Shown here in pieces: positions 10,145-18,507 of a stretch of 64,000 bases of DNA. The position numbers and the translations under genes were made by a program. Source of the DNA: an uncultured Verrucomicrobiae bacterium (GTDB lineage Bacteria; Verrucomicrobiota; Verrucomicrobiia; Chthoniobacterales; Chthoniobacteraceae); contig CAVYKI010000010.1 of the NCBI GenBank assembly GCA_963769025.1, positions 1 to 64,000 of the forward strand, given 5' to 3'. The notes under the pieces are model-generated. The model was not told where the DNA came from. It made no database searches and saw only the letters and a list, made by a program, of their open reading frames with translations. Position 1 is the first letter of the stretch, and each line of letters begins with the position of its first letter.

Positions 10145-10264
10145 TCCCACATCGACATGAAAAACACAAGGAACGGCGGATTCGCCATCACTGGGACCCG
10201 CTGCGTGATCGCTCAAGGCAGTCCGGAGACCGTCCGCTAGCCGCAACGCCTTTCCACATTCCGC

Positions 10265-11233
10265 ATGGACGCCGCACTCATCCTCTCGAATCTCCTCAAT
10301 CCGCCGGTCCTGTTTTTCTTTCTCGGCATGCTGGCCTGCCTGGTCGGCTCCGATCTGGAGATTCCGCAGCCGCTGCCGAAGTTCTTCTCGCTCTACCTGC
10401 TGCTTTCCATCGGGTTCAAGGGCGGCGTCGAGCTTCACAAGAGCGGACTCACGGCGCAGGTGAGCTGGACGCTCGCCGCGGCGGTGTTCATGGCCGTGGC
10501 CGTGCCGGCGTGGACGTTTTTCGTCCTCCGGCGGAAGCTCGACGTGAACAACGCCGCCGCTGTGGCCGCGACTTACGGCTCCGTCTCCGCGGTCACCTTT
10601 ATCGCAGCGAGCTCATTCCTCGGGCAGCTCGGCATCACGTCCGGCGGGCACATGGTCGCTGCGATGGCGCTGATGGAATCACCCGCGATCATCGTCGGCA
10701 TCACCCTCGCGCGCTGGCTCGGGAAGGCAAATGGCACGGCATTTTCATGGCCGCACCTGCTGCGCGATTCGTTCGCGAATGGCTCCGTGCTCGTGCTCTG
10801 CGGCGCGCTCGTCATCGGCCTGCTCACCGGGGACAGCGGGGAAAAGGCGCTCGGTCCTTTTACCAACGACATCTTCCGCGGAATGCTGTGCCTCTTCCTC
10901 CTCGACATGGGCGTCGTCAGCGCGCGGCGGCTCGGCGGCATCCGGCATCTCGGCGTCTTTCCCATTGCATTTGCCACGCTGGTCCCGCTCGTGAATGCCG
11001 GGGCCGCCATTGCCATCGCGCACTTCCTCGGGCTCTCGCGGGGCGATGCGCTGCTCTTCACCGCACTGTGCGCCAGCGCCAGCTACATCGCTGTGCCCGC
11101 TGCGATGCGCCTCGCGCTTCCGGAGGCAAACCCCGGCCTTTACGTCACCATGTCGCTCGCCATCACCTTCCCATTCAACATCATCATCGGCCTGCCGCTC
11201 TACCTCAGCGTCATCAACCGCCTCTGGAACTGA
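10265..11233 (+). CDS. sbtA: Sodium-dependent bicarbonate transporter SbtA family
   Basis: SDLEIP, YLLLSIGFKGG, YGSVSAVTF, MESPAI, ASASYIAVPAAMR, ITFPFNI. Confidence 0.93.
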   Translation: MDAALILSNLLNPPVLFFFLGMLACLVGSDLEIPQPLPKFFSLYLLLSIGFKGGVELHKSGLTAQVSWTLAAAVFMAVAVPAWTFFVLRRKLDVNNAAAVAATYGSVSAVTFIAASSFLGQLGITSGGHMVAAMALMESPAIIVGITLARWLGKANGTAFSWPHLLRDSFANGSVLVLCGALVIGLLTGDSGEKALGPFTNDIFRGMLCLFLLDMGVVSARRLGGIRHLGVFPIAFATLVPLVNAGAAIAIAHFLGLSRGDALLFTALCASASYIAVPAAMRLALPEANPGLYVTMSLAITFPFNIIIGLPLYLSVINRLWN

Positions 11234-11236
11234 CCC

Positions 11237-11530
11237 ATGAAACCCGTCAAGCGAATCGAAATCATCATCGACACCCCGGAAGTCCCCGCGCTCCTCGCCA
11301 TACTGCGCGCGCAGGGGGTCAGCGGCTATTCCGTCTTCAGCGCCGTCACCGGCGGAGGCGAACGCGGCGAGCGCCGCAACGATGAGCCCGGCGGCGGCAG
11401 CGGAAACGCGTGCATCCTCACCGCCGTCCCGCCGGAAGACGTCGCCCCGCTCGTCGAAGCAGTCCGCCCCATTCTCAAACGCCGCGGCGGCGTCTGCCTC
11501 GTCTCAGACGCCGAGTGGTTGATTCATTGA
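11237..11530 (+). CDS. sbtB: PII-like regulator SbtB
   Basis: MKPVKRIEII, GVSGYSV..VTGGGERG, GGVCLVSDA; directly downstream of sbtA. Confidence 0.88.
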   Translation: MKPVKRIEIIIDTPEVPALLAILRAQGVSGYSVFSAVTGGGERGERRNDEPGGGSGNACILTAVPPEDVAPLVEAVRPILKRRGGVCLVSDAEWLIH

Positions 11531-11541
11531 AATACCGGCGC

Positions 11542-12609
11542 CTACTTTCCCACGCCGAACAGCGCGCGGAACCGCGCGGCGGATCGCGGAAACTCGGTGC
11601 CTTCCTTTTTCCCCGTCCCGCTCACGCCGGGCGAAAGCTGGTGGCCGTGGTCGCTTTCGTTGATGTCGAAATAGCAGTGAAAGGCGACGTTGTTCTTCGG
11701 GTCGGTGATGAAGGCGTGCATCTGCTCGATGAAATGCGGGTTGTCCAATCCGCCATGCTTGTGCCCCGCCCACACGAGGCCCCATTCGGGAATTGCGAGC
11801 GGCTTGCCGTGGTCCTTCGCAAACTTCGCCCAGAACGCCAGCCCGCGCGGGCTCGCCATGATCCACTCGGCCCACGCCTTTTTCTGACGCCGGGCAATCT
11901 CGTCCGCGCTCGCGTCGGCAGGCCACGGATAGGTGCCCTCGTGCCATGTCTCGTCGTACACATCCACGCCAACGAAATCCACGAACGCGTCGCCCGGCCA
12001 CGCCTCGTCGGCGGGGAACTGCTGATCGCCGAGCGTCGGGTTCCAGCAAAACTTCAGCGACTCCGCGCCGGGCACCGCGCGCATCGTCTTCACGATCTGC
12101 CGCCAGTATTCCGCAAACGCCGCCGTCTTTCCCTTCGCCCGCCACGCGTACCAGTCGCCGTTGAATTCCCACGCAGGACGCAGGATCGTTTCCGCGAGCC
12201 CATGCTTCACGAGGTTCTCCGCGAGCTGCTGGAAGTGAATGTTGTAGTCCCCCGTCGCGCCCTTCTCCAGCGACACGGGCACATTCACGCCGACATCACC
12301 CTGCTTCGGCCCGCTGCCATCCACGGGACCTGCGAGGATCGGGATGGAAAGCACAAGCCTGCGGCCTGCCTTCGCCTTCACCCACTTCGACCAATGCTCC
12401 AGCCAAAACACCGGCCAGCCGACATTCGACCACGACTCACCGCCGACGAAGTCCAGCCCCCACACCACATCGCGCCCGAGCCATTCGGCAAACGCGTCCA
12501 CTCCCTTCGTCCCATTCGGCCAGTGGTAGGTGCCGACCGGGGGCTCCGCGGCCCGTGTGTGGGCGAGCGTGAAAAGGATCGCGCAGAGAAATCGGAGCGC
12601 ACCTTTCAT
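11542..12609 (-). CDS. Secreted glycoside hydrolase family 26 (beta-mannanase-like)
   Basis: RPAWEFNGDWY, WPGDAFVDFVGVDVY, KPLAIPEWG. Confidence 0.88.
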   Translation of the reverse strand: MKGALRFLCAILFTLAHTRAAEPPVGTYHWPNGTKGVDAFAEWLGRDVVWGLDFVGGESWSNVGWPVFWLEHWSKWVKAKAGRRLVLSIPILAGPVDGSGPKQGDVGVNVPVSLEKGATGDYNIHFQQLAENLVKHGLAETILRPAWEFNGDWYAWRAKGKTAAFAEYWRQIVKTMRAVPGAESLKFCWNPTLGDQQFPADEAWPGDAFVDFVGVDVYDETWHEGTYPWPADASADEIARRQKKAWAEWIMASPRGLAFWAKFAKDHGKPLAIPEWGLVWAGHKHGGLDNPHFIEQMHAFITDPKNNVAFHCYFDINESDHGHQLSPGVSGTGKKEGTEFPRSAARFRALFGVGK

Positions 12610-12926
12610 CGCCGGGATTCGTCAAAAAAATCGCCAAACACCGGCGGGATCTTCCGCGCAACGCAGCGCAAGCTTGTTCCATCTGCGAGCAGCCGCCGCT
12701 GGAGCGCCGATGCATTTTCCGCCGAGCCGCGCACATATTCGATCACCGGACGCCGCTCGGTGAACCGATCGCGATAAGGGTGGCGCGGATCGAGCCAGTG
12801 CGCCAGCAGCCGCGCACGCATCGCCGGTCGCGCCCACATGCGGCGGCCATATTCGAAGCGCGCGATGTCGTCGTAGTTTGGGTAAGCGCCCCAAATCGCT
12901 GTGAACTCGTCGGCGCTCATTGTCAT
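12606..12926 (-). CDS. Hypothetical protein
   Basis: About 106-aa ORF whose stop overlaps the GH26 start (ATGA). Confidence 0.55.
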   Translation of the reverse strand: MTMSADEFTAIWGAYPNYDDIARFEYGRRMWARPAMRARLLAHWLDPRHPYRDRFTERRPVIEYVRGSAENASALQRRLLADGTSLRCVARKIPPVFGDFFDESRR

Positions 12927-12982
12927 GGCCTGAATTTCAACTGGCTTGCCCGATTGCAATTCGAGTTCTTCCCGGACCCTAC

Positions 12983-13195
12983 TCACGCAAACGCGAGCCT
13001 GCCTTTTGGCTCGGGGATCGGCCATGATGCTTCGCGCGCGGCAGTGAGATACGCGTCAATCATCTCCTCGGCATTGCGCAAAGCTTCAACCCGTGTCGCT
13101 CCATCAGTGACGATGCTCGGAAGCTCAGGCACTTCAGCAAGGAAGTGGCCATCCTGCTCGCTCCAATAAACGACGACCTCGAATTTGTTGTTCAT
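12983..13195 (-). CDS. hicB: HicB family antitoxin
   Basis: FEVVVYWSEQDGHFLAEVPELPS..TDGAT..EALRNAEE..PIPEPKG. Confidence 0.92.
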   Translation of the reverse strand: MNNKFEVVVYWSEQDGHFLAEVPELPSIVTDGATRVEALRNAEEMIDAYLTAAREASWPIPEPKGRLAFA

Positions 13196-13437
13196 AGTAG
13201 CTGGTTGTTTTGAAGCGCTTTGCGGGCCTGCCGGACTTGATAAGCTTTAGCTTTCCCGCCCTGCGGTTGCAAGTTGATCGCTTCGGCCATGCCGGGCTTC
13301 CGGAAAAAATGATGGCTTCCCGCGATGCGCATTTCAAAGCCGAGCCTCTGGAGCAACTGACACATCTCAGCGAAGTCCCACGCGGCATCCCGCTGCGGGT
13401 CACGCAACCGCTCCAGCAATTTGTCGTGTTTGCTCAC
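13192..13437 (-). CDS. hicA: HicA family toxin (mRNA interferase)
   Basis: LLQRLGFEMRIAGSHHFF...INLQP..GKAKAYQVRQ; overlaps the thrS stop and the hicB start. Confidence 0.9.
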   Translation of the reverse strand: MSKHDKLLERLRDPQRDAAWDFAEMCQLLQRLGFEMRIAGSHHFFRKPGMAEAINLQPQGGKAKAYQVRQARKALQNNQLL

Positions 13438-15965
13438 GCACGCCGCTCTCTGATCGCCGCAAGGATGTCCGCCACCGCCTCGTCGCGTTTCTTCGCGCCT
13501 TGCGGGCCTTTGCCGTGGATGCGAACGCTCACATTTCCCGCTTCCAGATCGCGTCCGCCGATGACGAGCATGTGGTGGACTTTCATCGTCTCGGCATTTG
13601 CGATCTTGGCTTTGATGGGTTCGTTCAGCGCGTCGAGCGTCGCGCGCACTCCCGCGGCGCGCAGCTCGGCGACGATGCCCTTCGCGTAGGCGAGCAGCGG
13701 CTCATCGTCCCCGAGCGTGAGCACGCGCACCTGCTCGGGCGCGAGCCAGAGCGGGAAATTGCCGGCGTAGTGCTCGATGAGGAAGCCGATGAACCGCTCG
13801 TGCGTGCCGAGCGGCGCGCGGTGGATGCAGAGCGGCGTCTTGTCCGTGTTGTCGCGGTCGCGGTAGGTGAGGCCGAATTTCGCGGGCACGGCGAAGTCCA
13901 CCTGGTTCGTGGCGATGGTGAATTCGCGGCCGATGGCGCTCCACACCTGCACGTCAATCTTCGGGCCGTAGAACGCGGCCTCGTTCGGCACCTCGATGTA
14001 GTTGATGCCGCTGCGCTGGAGGACGCCGCGGACCATGTCCTCGGTCTTCAGCCACAGCGCGGAGTTGTCCACGAACTTCTGGCCGAGCTTCGCCGGGTCG
14101 TGCGTGGAGAAGCGCATGAGGTATTTCTCGATGCCGAAGATTTTGAAATACTTGAGATACATCTCGTTCACGGCATTGAACTCGGACTCGAACTGTTCCT
14201 CGGTGAGGTAAATGTGCGCGTCGTTCATCTGCATGGAGCGCACGCGCATGAGGCCGAAAAGTTCGCCGCTCTGCTCGTAGCGGTAGCAGGTGCCGTATTC
14301 GGCGAGCCGCAGCGGAAGGTCGCGGTAACTGCGCGGCACCGCTCCGAAGAGCTTGTGATGGTGCGGGCAGTTCATGGCCTTGAGGTAGTAGCGGTCTCCA
14401 GTCGCCGTGGTAAAAGAAGGCGCGTCGTCCGCGGGTTTGCGTGCCTCGGGTAGGGTGGGCGTCCCGCCTGCCGTGCCGGGCGTCCCGCCTGGCACATCGG
14501 ACGTGGGACTGGCTCCCGCCTGCACATCCGGCGTCCAAACCCATGGATAGTTCTCCTCCGGCCCAACGAGATTCTCCCCGCGCGGATTGTTGCAGATGTA
14601 GAGAAACTTCTCCTCCAAATCCGAATCCCCGCGCACATAGCGATCGTATCGCTCCTGCTCCCACACCTCGCCCGTCGTCCCCTCCGCCTTGTTGATTTCC
14701 TTCGCGGTGAAACTCTTGATCGAGTGCATCAAATCGCCGAGCGGCCAGAACACGCTTTCGTCTTTCGCATTCTTCTCCTTTACCCACGGCTGAAGCAAAA
14801 AATGGACGTGATCGGGCATGACCACGGCGGCGAACAGTTCGTAGCGGACCCCGTGGAAATGGCGGAGAGCATTCAGGACGATGGTGCGCGCATCCGGCGA
14901 GAGGACGCGGTGGTCTCGCGTGGAGACGGTGACGAAATAGATCGCCCACGGTTTTTCGAAGTGCGGGAGGCGGCGGTGTTCCTTTTCGTAACGAACGCCT
15001 GTCGTGCGTTCGGATGTGCCAGGCGGGACGCCCGGCACGGCAGGCGGGACGCCCACCCTACCCGAGGCACTGCCCTTCGCCATTGGCGCGCCTGTGGTTC
15101 CCGCGCGCTCGTTTTCCAAAATCATCGGCGGGAACATGCTCTCCGCGTAATACGGCAGATGCCCGCTCGTGAGATACAGGTTCTCCCGCGCGAGGTGCGG
15201 CGTGCGCACGCGGTCGTAGCCGGCGGCGAACTCGGTTTCCTTCGCGAGCTTTTCGAGCTCCTCCAGCAGCACCGTGCCGCGCGGCAGCCACAGCGGCAGG
15301 CCGGGGCCCACGTCGTCGTCGAACGTGAAAAGCTCCAGCTCCTTGCCGAGCTTGCGATGGTCGCGCTTCTTCGCCTCCTCGAGCATCGTGAAATACTCGT
15401 CCATCTGCGTCTTGTTCTTGAACGCCGTGCCGTAGATGCGCTGGAGCTGCGGGTTTTTCTCGTCGCCCTTGTAGTAGGCGCTCGCGACGTGCGTGAGCCG
15501 GAACGCGCCGATGTTCCCCGTGCGCATGACGTGCGGCCCGGCGCACAGGTCGAGGAAGTCGCCGTTGCGGAAGAGCGAGATTTCCTCGCCCTCGGGGATG
15601 TCCGCGAGGTTGCCGATTTTGAATTTGCTCGGATTGCCCGGCCGCTCGCCGAGCCCGCCGAGGCGTCCGCTTTCCGCGAGCTTCACCGCCTCGTCGCGCG
15701 ACACAACCGTGCGCTCGAAGACGTTGTTCGCCTTGATCTCCTTTTTCATCTCCTCCTCGATGCGCGCGAAGTCCTCCGGCGAGATGCGGTGCTTCAAATC
15801 CACGTCGTAGTAAAAGCCATTCTCCACCGGCGGCCCCGCGGCAAACTGCGCCTCCGGCCAGATGCGGAGGATGGCCGTGGCGAGCACATGCGCCGCGCTG
15901 TGGCGCAGCCGCTCAAGGTCGGTCATCTGGTGGCGTTGCTCGATGGTCTTGCGTTCGTCGGACAT
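13434..15965 (-). CDS. thrS: Threonine--tRNA ligase with an in-frame insertion of about 235 aa
   Basis: RHSAAHVLA, DLCAGPHV, RDHRKLGKEL, MNCPHH, GLMRVR, EAAFYGPKID, HRAPLGTHERF, WLAPEQVR; no stop across 843 codons. Confidence 0.97.
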   Translation of the reverse strand: MSDERKTIEQRHQMTDLERLRHSAAHVLATAILRIWPEAQFAAGPPVENGFYYDVDLKHRISPEDFARIEEEMKKEIKANNVFERTVVSRDEAVKLAESGRLGGLGERPGNPSKFKIGNLADIPEGEEISLFRNGDFLDLCAGPHVMRTGNIGAFRLTHVASAYYKGDEKNPQLQRIYGTAFKNKTQMDEYFTMLEEAKKRDHRKLGKELELFTFDDDVGPGLPLWLPRGTVLLEELEKLAKETEFAAGYDRVRTPHLARENLYLTSGHLPYYAESMFPPMILENERAGTTGAPMAKGSASGRVGVPPAVPGVPPGTSERTTGVRYEKEHRRLPHFEKPWAIYFVTVSTRDHRVLSPDARTIVLNALRHFHGVRYELFAAVVMPDHVHFLLQPWVKEKNAKDESVFWPLGDLMHSIKSFTAKEINKAEGTTGEVWEQERYDRYVRGDSDLEEKFLYICNNPRGENLVGPEENYPWVWTPDVQAGASPTSDVPGGTPGTAGGTPTLPEARKPADDAPSFTTATGDRYYLKAMNCPHHHKLFGAVPRSYRDLPLRLAEYGTCYRYEQSGELFGLMRVRSMQMNDAHIYLTEEQFESEFNAVNEMYLKYFKIFGIEKYLMRFSTHDPAKLGQKFVDNSALWLKTEDMVRGVLQRSGINYIEVPNEAAFYGPKIDVQVWSAIGREFTIATNQVDFAVPAKFGLTYRDRDNTDKTPLCIHRAPLGTHERFIGFLIEHYAGNFPLWLAPEQVRVLTLGDDEPLLAYAKGIVAELRAAGVRATLDALNEPIKAKIANAETMKVHHMLVIGGRDLEAGNVSVRIHGKGPQGAKKRDEAVADILAAIRERRA
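14441..14498 (+). repeat. Inverted repeat arm (GTAG-REP plus a second hairpin)
   Basis: GTGCCTCGGGTAGGGTGGGCGTCCCGCCTGCCGTGCCGGGCGTCCCGCCTGGCACATC; exact reverse complement of 15013-15070. Confidence 0.95.
15013..15070 (-). repeat. Inverted repeat arm (partner of 14441-14498)
   Basis: 58/58 reverse-complement match. Confidence 0.95.
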
Positions 15966-16008
15966 AGGAAAAGGGCGGCGAAGCTAGGCGAGCCGCGGCG
16001 CAGGCGCA

Positions 16009-16117
16009 AGGGTAGGGCGCGCTCGCCGAGCGCGCCCCAACTTTTGCGGAGGGGCTTCGAGAAACGGCAGGCGCGGGGTAGGATGCGTGGGCGCTTTCGG
16101 CGAAAGCGCCCTACCCT
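16009..16117. repeat. REPIN (inverted pair of GTAG-REPs) upstream of thrS
   Basis: AGGGTAGGGCGCGCTCGCCGAGCGCGCCC (16009-16037) and inverted AGGGTAGGGCGCTTTCGCCGAAAGCGCCC (16089-16117). Confidence 0.8.
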
Positions 16118-16129
16118 GGCGCCCCGCGG

Positions 16130-17630
16130 TCACTGCGCGTCGAGCGCGCGGATGGGGAAGAGGTCCGACTTTGTGTGCTGCTCCTTCATCAGGGCGCTGA
16201 GCTTTGCGACCACGTCGGGATGATTGTCGGCGACGTCGTTGCTCTCGCCGATGTCCTTCGCGAGGTCGAAGAGCTGCGGGTCGCGCGGCTTCAGCTTCGC
16301 CTTCGGGCCGCCGTGGAGTTTCTCGAGGATGAGCTTCCAGTCGCCGACGCGGATGCACGCCTGCCCGCCGTAGCCGGGCGATTCGCGGTAGAGGAAAGGC
16401 CGCGGCTCCTGCGGCTTGCCGAGGAGCGTGGGCGCCATGCTGATGCCGTCGATGCCCGCAGGAGTGGCGGCCTTTTCGCCGATGAGCTCGAGGAGCGTCG
16501 GCATCCAGTCCTCGAACCCGCTCACGCGATCGCTCACGGTGCCAGCGGCGATGCGGCCCTTCCAGCGCACGATGGTCGGCACGCGAATGCCGCCCTCGAA
16601 CATCGAGCCCTTGCGCCCGTTCAGCGGCCCGGCGCTCTCGAAGAAATCCGTGTCGGTCCCGCCGAGCTTGCCGTAGAGCGGGCCGTTGTCGCTGGTGAAG
16701 ACGAAGATGGTGCGCTCATCGAGGCCGAGTTCCTTCACGAGATCGGCCAGACCGGCCAATCTCGCGATCCATGCGCGTGACCATCGCGGCGTACGCAGCG
16801 CGCGGGGCACGATGCGGCAGGTAGCCATTGCCGCCGGGATAGGGCTCCTCGGGAAATTTTCCCGCATACTCCGTGAGCGAATCCTCCGGCACCTGCAGCG
16901 CGAGGTGCGGCACGGTCGTGGGGTAGTAGAGGAAAAACGGGCGGTCCTTGTTGTCCTGGACGAACTCCAGCGCCTCGGCGCTGATCAGGTCGGGCGCGTA
17001 GTCCTTGCCGGAAAACTTGCGCGTAGGTCTCCGAGGAATTCGAGATCGGCGCCCTCGGCGAGTTTCTGGTGCGCGGAGAATGCCGGGTTGTCCAGGGCGC
17101 GCTTCTTGTCGTTGTCCCAGAGGTGCGTCGGGTAGTAATTGTGCGCGACGCCCTGGCAGTTGTAGCCGAAGAAACGGTCGAAGCCCTGCTTCAGCGGATC
17201 GCCCGTCGAGCCCACCGGACCGAGGCCCCATTTTCCAAAACCGCCGCTCGTGTAGCCGAGCTTTTGCAGCGTGAGCGGGAAGGTCAGTTCGCCCGCGGGC
17301 ACGGGCGTCTGTCCTTCCTCCCACTTCGGGTCGAGCGCCTTTGCGTTCCCGTTGTCGCGGATGAATGCGTGGCCGGGGTGCTTGCCGGTCATGCAGCACG
17401 CAGCGCGACGGCGCGCAGACGTTGTTGCCCGAGTAGTGCTGCGTGAGCTTCATGCCCTCGGCGGCGATGCGATCGATGTTCGGCGTGCGGATCTTTTTCT
17501 GCCCGAATGCACCGACATCGCCGTAGCCCAGATCGTCGGCGAGGATGAAGATGATGTTCGGGCGCTGCTCCGCGGCGTGCGCGACAGCGGCGAGGAGGAG
17601 CGATGCGAGGAGGAAACGCGGTGCTTTCAT
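16130..17630 (-). CDS. Arylsulfatase (formylglycine-dependent), split by at least 3 frameshifts
   Basis: [54 protein letters not shown] spread across three ORFs; shifts near 17393, 17030 and 16760. Confidence 0.85.
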
Positions 17631-17692
17631 GGGAGGAGGCGATATGGAGTGGGCGCGCGGGGAGTGCAAGCGGAGGCTGCGACCGCCAAGCG

Positions 17693-17757
17693 GCCGCCGG
17701 GAGGAGGCGGGGCCTTCGAATTGGAATCTCAACCCGCCTCCTTCCGCCGGCGGCTAC
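17693..17757. repeat. REP pair (GTAGCCGCCGGCGGAAGGAGGCGGG family)
   Basis: Full REP on the - strand at 17733-17757 and a degenerate inverted arm at 17693-17711; near-identical copy at 25070-25094. Confidence 0.7.
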
Positions 17758-17806
17758 CGAGCGATGCTGCTTGCCGGGATCGTGCTGACTGCTAGACCAG
17801 CAGGCA

Positions 17807-18502
17807 ATGTTGCAAGACTTGATCGAAATCTGGTTCCGCTGGGTCCACGACTGGGGATACGTCGGTGTTATCATCCTGATGGCGATGGAGAGTTCCATTT
17901 TTCCCGTGCCGAGCGAAGTTGTCATCCCTCCAGCGGCCATCCTCGCCACCCTGCCGGGCGGGAACATGACGCTGACGGGCGTCGTGATTGCCGGGACTTT
18001 CGGGTCATGGGTGGGCTCCGCGATCACGTATTACATCGCACGGAAGGTCGGACGGCCGTTCATCGCACGCTATGGCACGTACTTCCTGATGCCGCCGAAA
18101 AAGGTCGCCCGCGCCGAGCGCTACATGCACCGCTACGAGTCGGGCGGGATTTTCTTCGCGCGACTGCTGCCGGTCCTCCGGCATCTCATTTCCATCCCGG
18201 CGGGAATCATCAAGATGAACTTCATGCGGTTCAGCGCGCTGACGATCATCGGCGCGGCAATCTGGTGCTGGGTGCTCGCGTGGCTCGGCGCACGCGTGGG
18301 GGCGAAGCTCGACGCAAGGGAGATCGGCGCACTGCAGACGGGGATTGGCGTGGATCTGGGCGGGCTGATCCGCGCGGTGAAACACGAGGCCCTGTGGATC
18401 ATCGTCGCGATCGTGGTGGTCTGCGTGCTCTATTTTGTCGCGATGCGGATGTCGGAACAGCGGCACGAAGACGACCACGCGGACGCCCCGAAGGAGCAGT
18501 AA
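17807..18502 (+). CDS. DedA family membrane protein
   Basis: MAMESSIFPVPSEVVIPPA, FFARLLPVLRHLISIPAG. Confidence 0.93.
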   Translation: MLQDLIEIWFRWVHDWGYVGVIILMAMESSIFPVPSEVVIPPAAILATLPGGNMTLTGVVIAGTFGSWVGSAITYYIARKVGRPFIARYGTYFLMPPKKVARAERYMHRYESGGIFFARLLPVLRHLISIPAGIIKMNFMRFSALTIIGAAIWCWVLAWLGARVGAKLDAREIGALQTGIGVDLGGLIRAVKHEALWIIVAIVVVCVLYFVAMRMSEQRHEDDHADAPKEQ

Positions 18503-18507
18503 GGCGG

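Larger units (their letters stand above)
14441..15070 (-). mobile_element. REP-flanked RAYT (Y1/HUH tyrosine transposase) cassette inserted in frame in thrS
   Basis: Encodes RRLPHF, YFVT, VVMPDHVH (HUH), IKSFTAKEIN, VWEQERYDRYVR, YICNNP; bounded by 58-bp perfect inverted repeats. Confidence 0.88.

Noticed and set aside
10157..10240. 27-codon ORF (MKNTRNGG...IAQGSPETVR) upstream of sbtA as a leader peptide
   Set aside because: No attenuator structure or other support; it may be chance or a gene remnant.
14441..15070. Classical IS200/IS605 element or DDE IS with terminal inverted repeats
   Set aside because: No tnpB, no DDE motif and no flanking target duplication; the ends are GTAG-REP hairpins typical of RAYT loci.
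14400..15122. thrS insertion as an intein or self-splicing intron
   Set aside because: No N-terminal Cys/Ser splice block, no terminal His-Asn before Cys/Ser/Thr, and no LAGLIDADG/HNH or group I/II features seen; the motifs are those of an HUH Y1 transposase.
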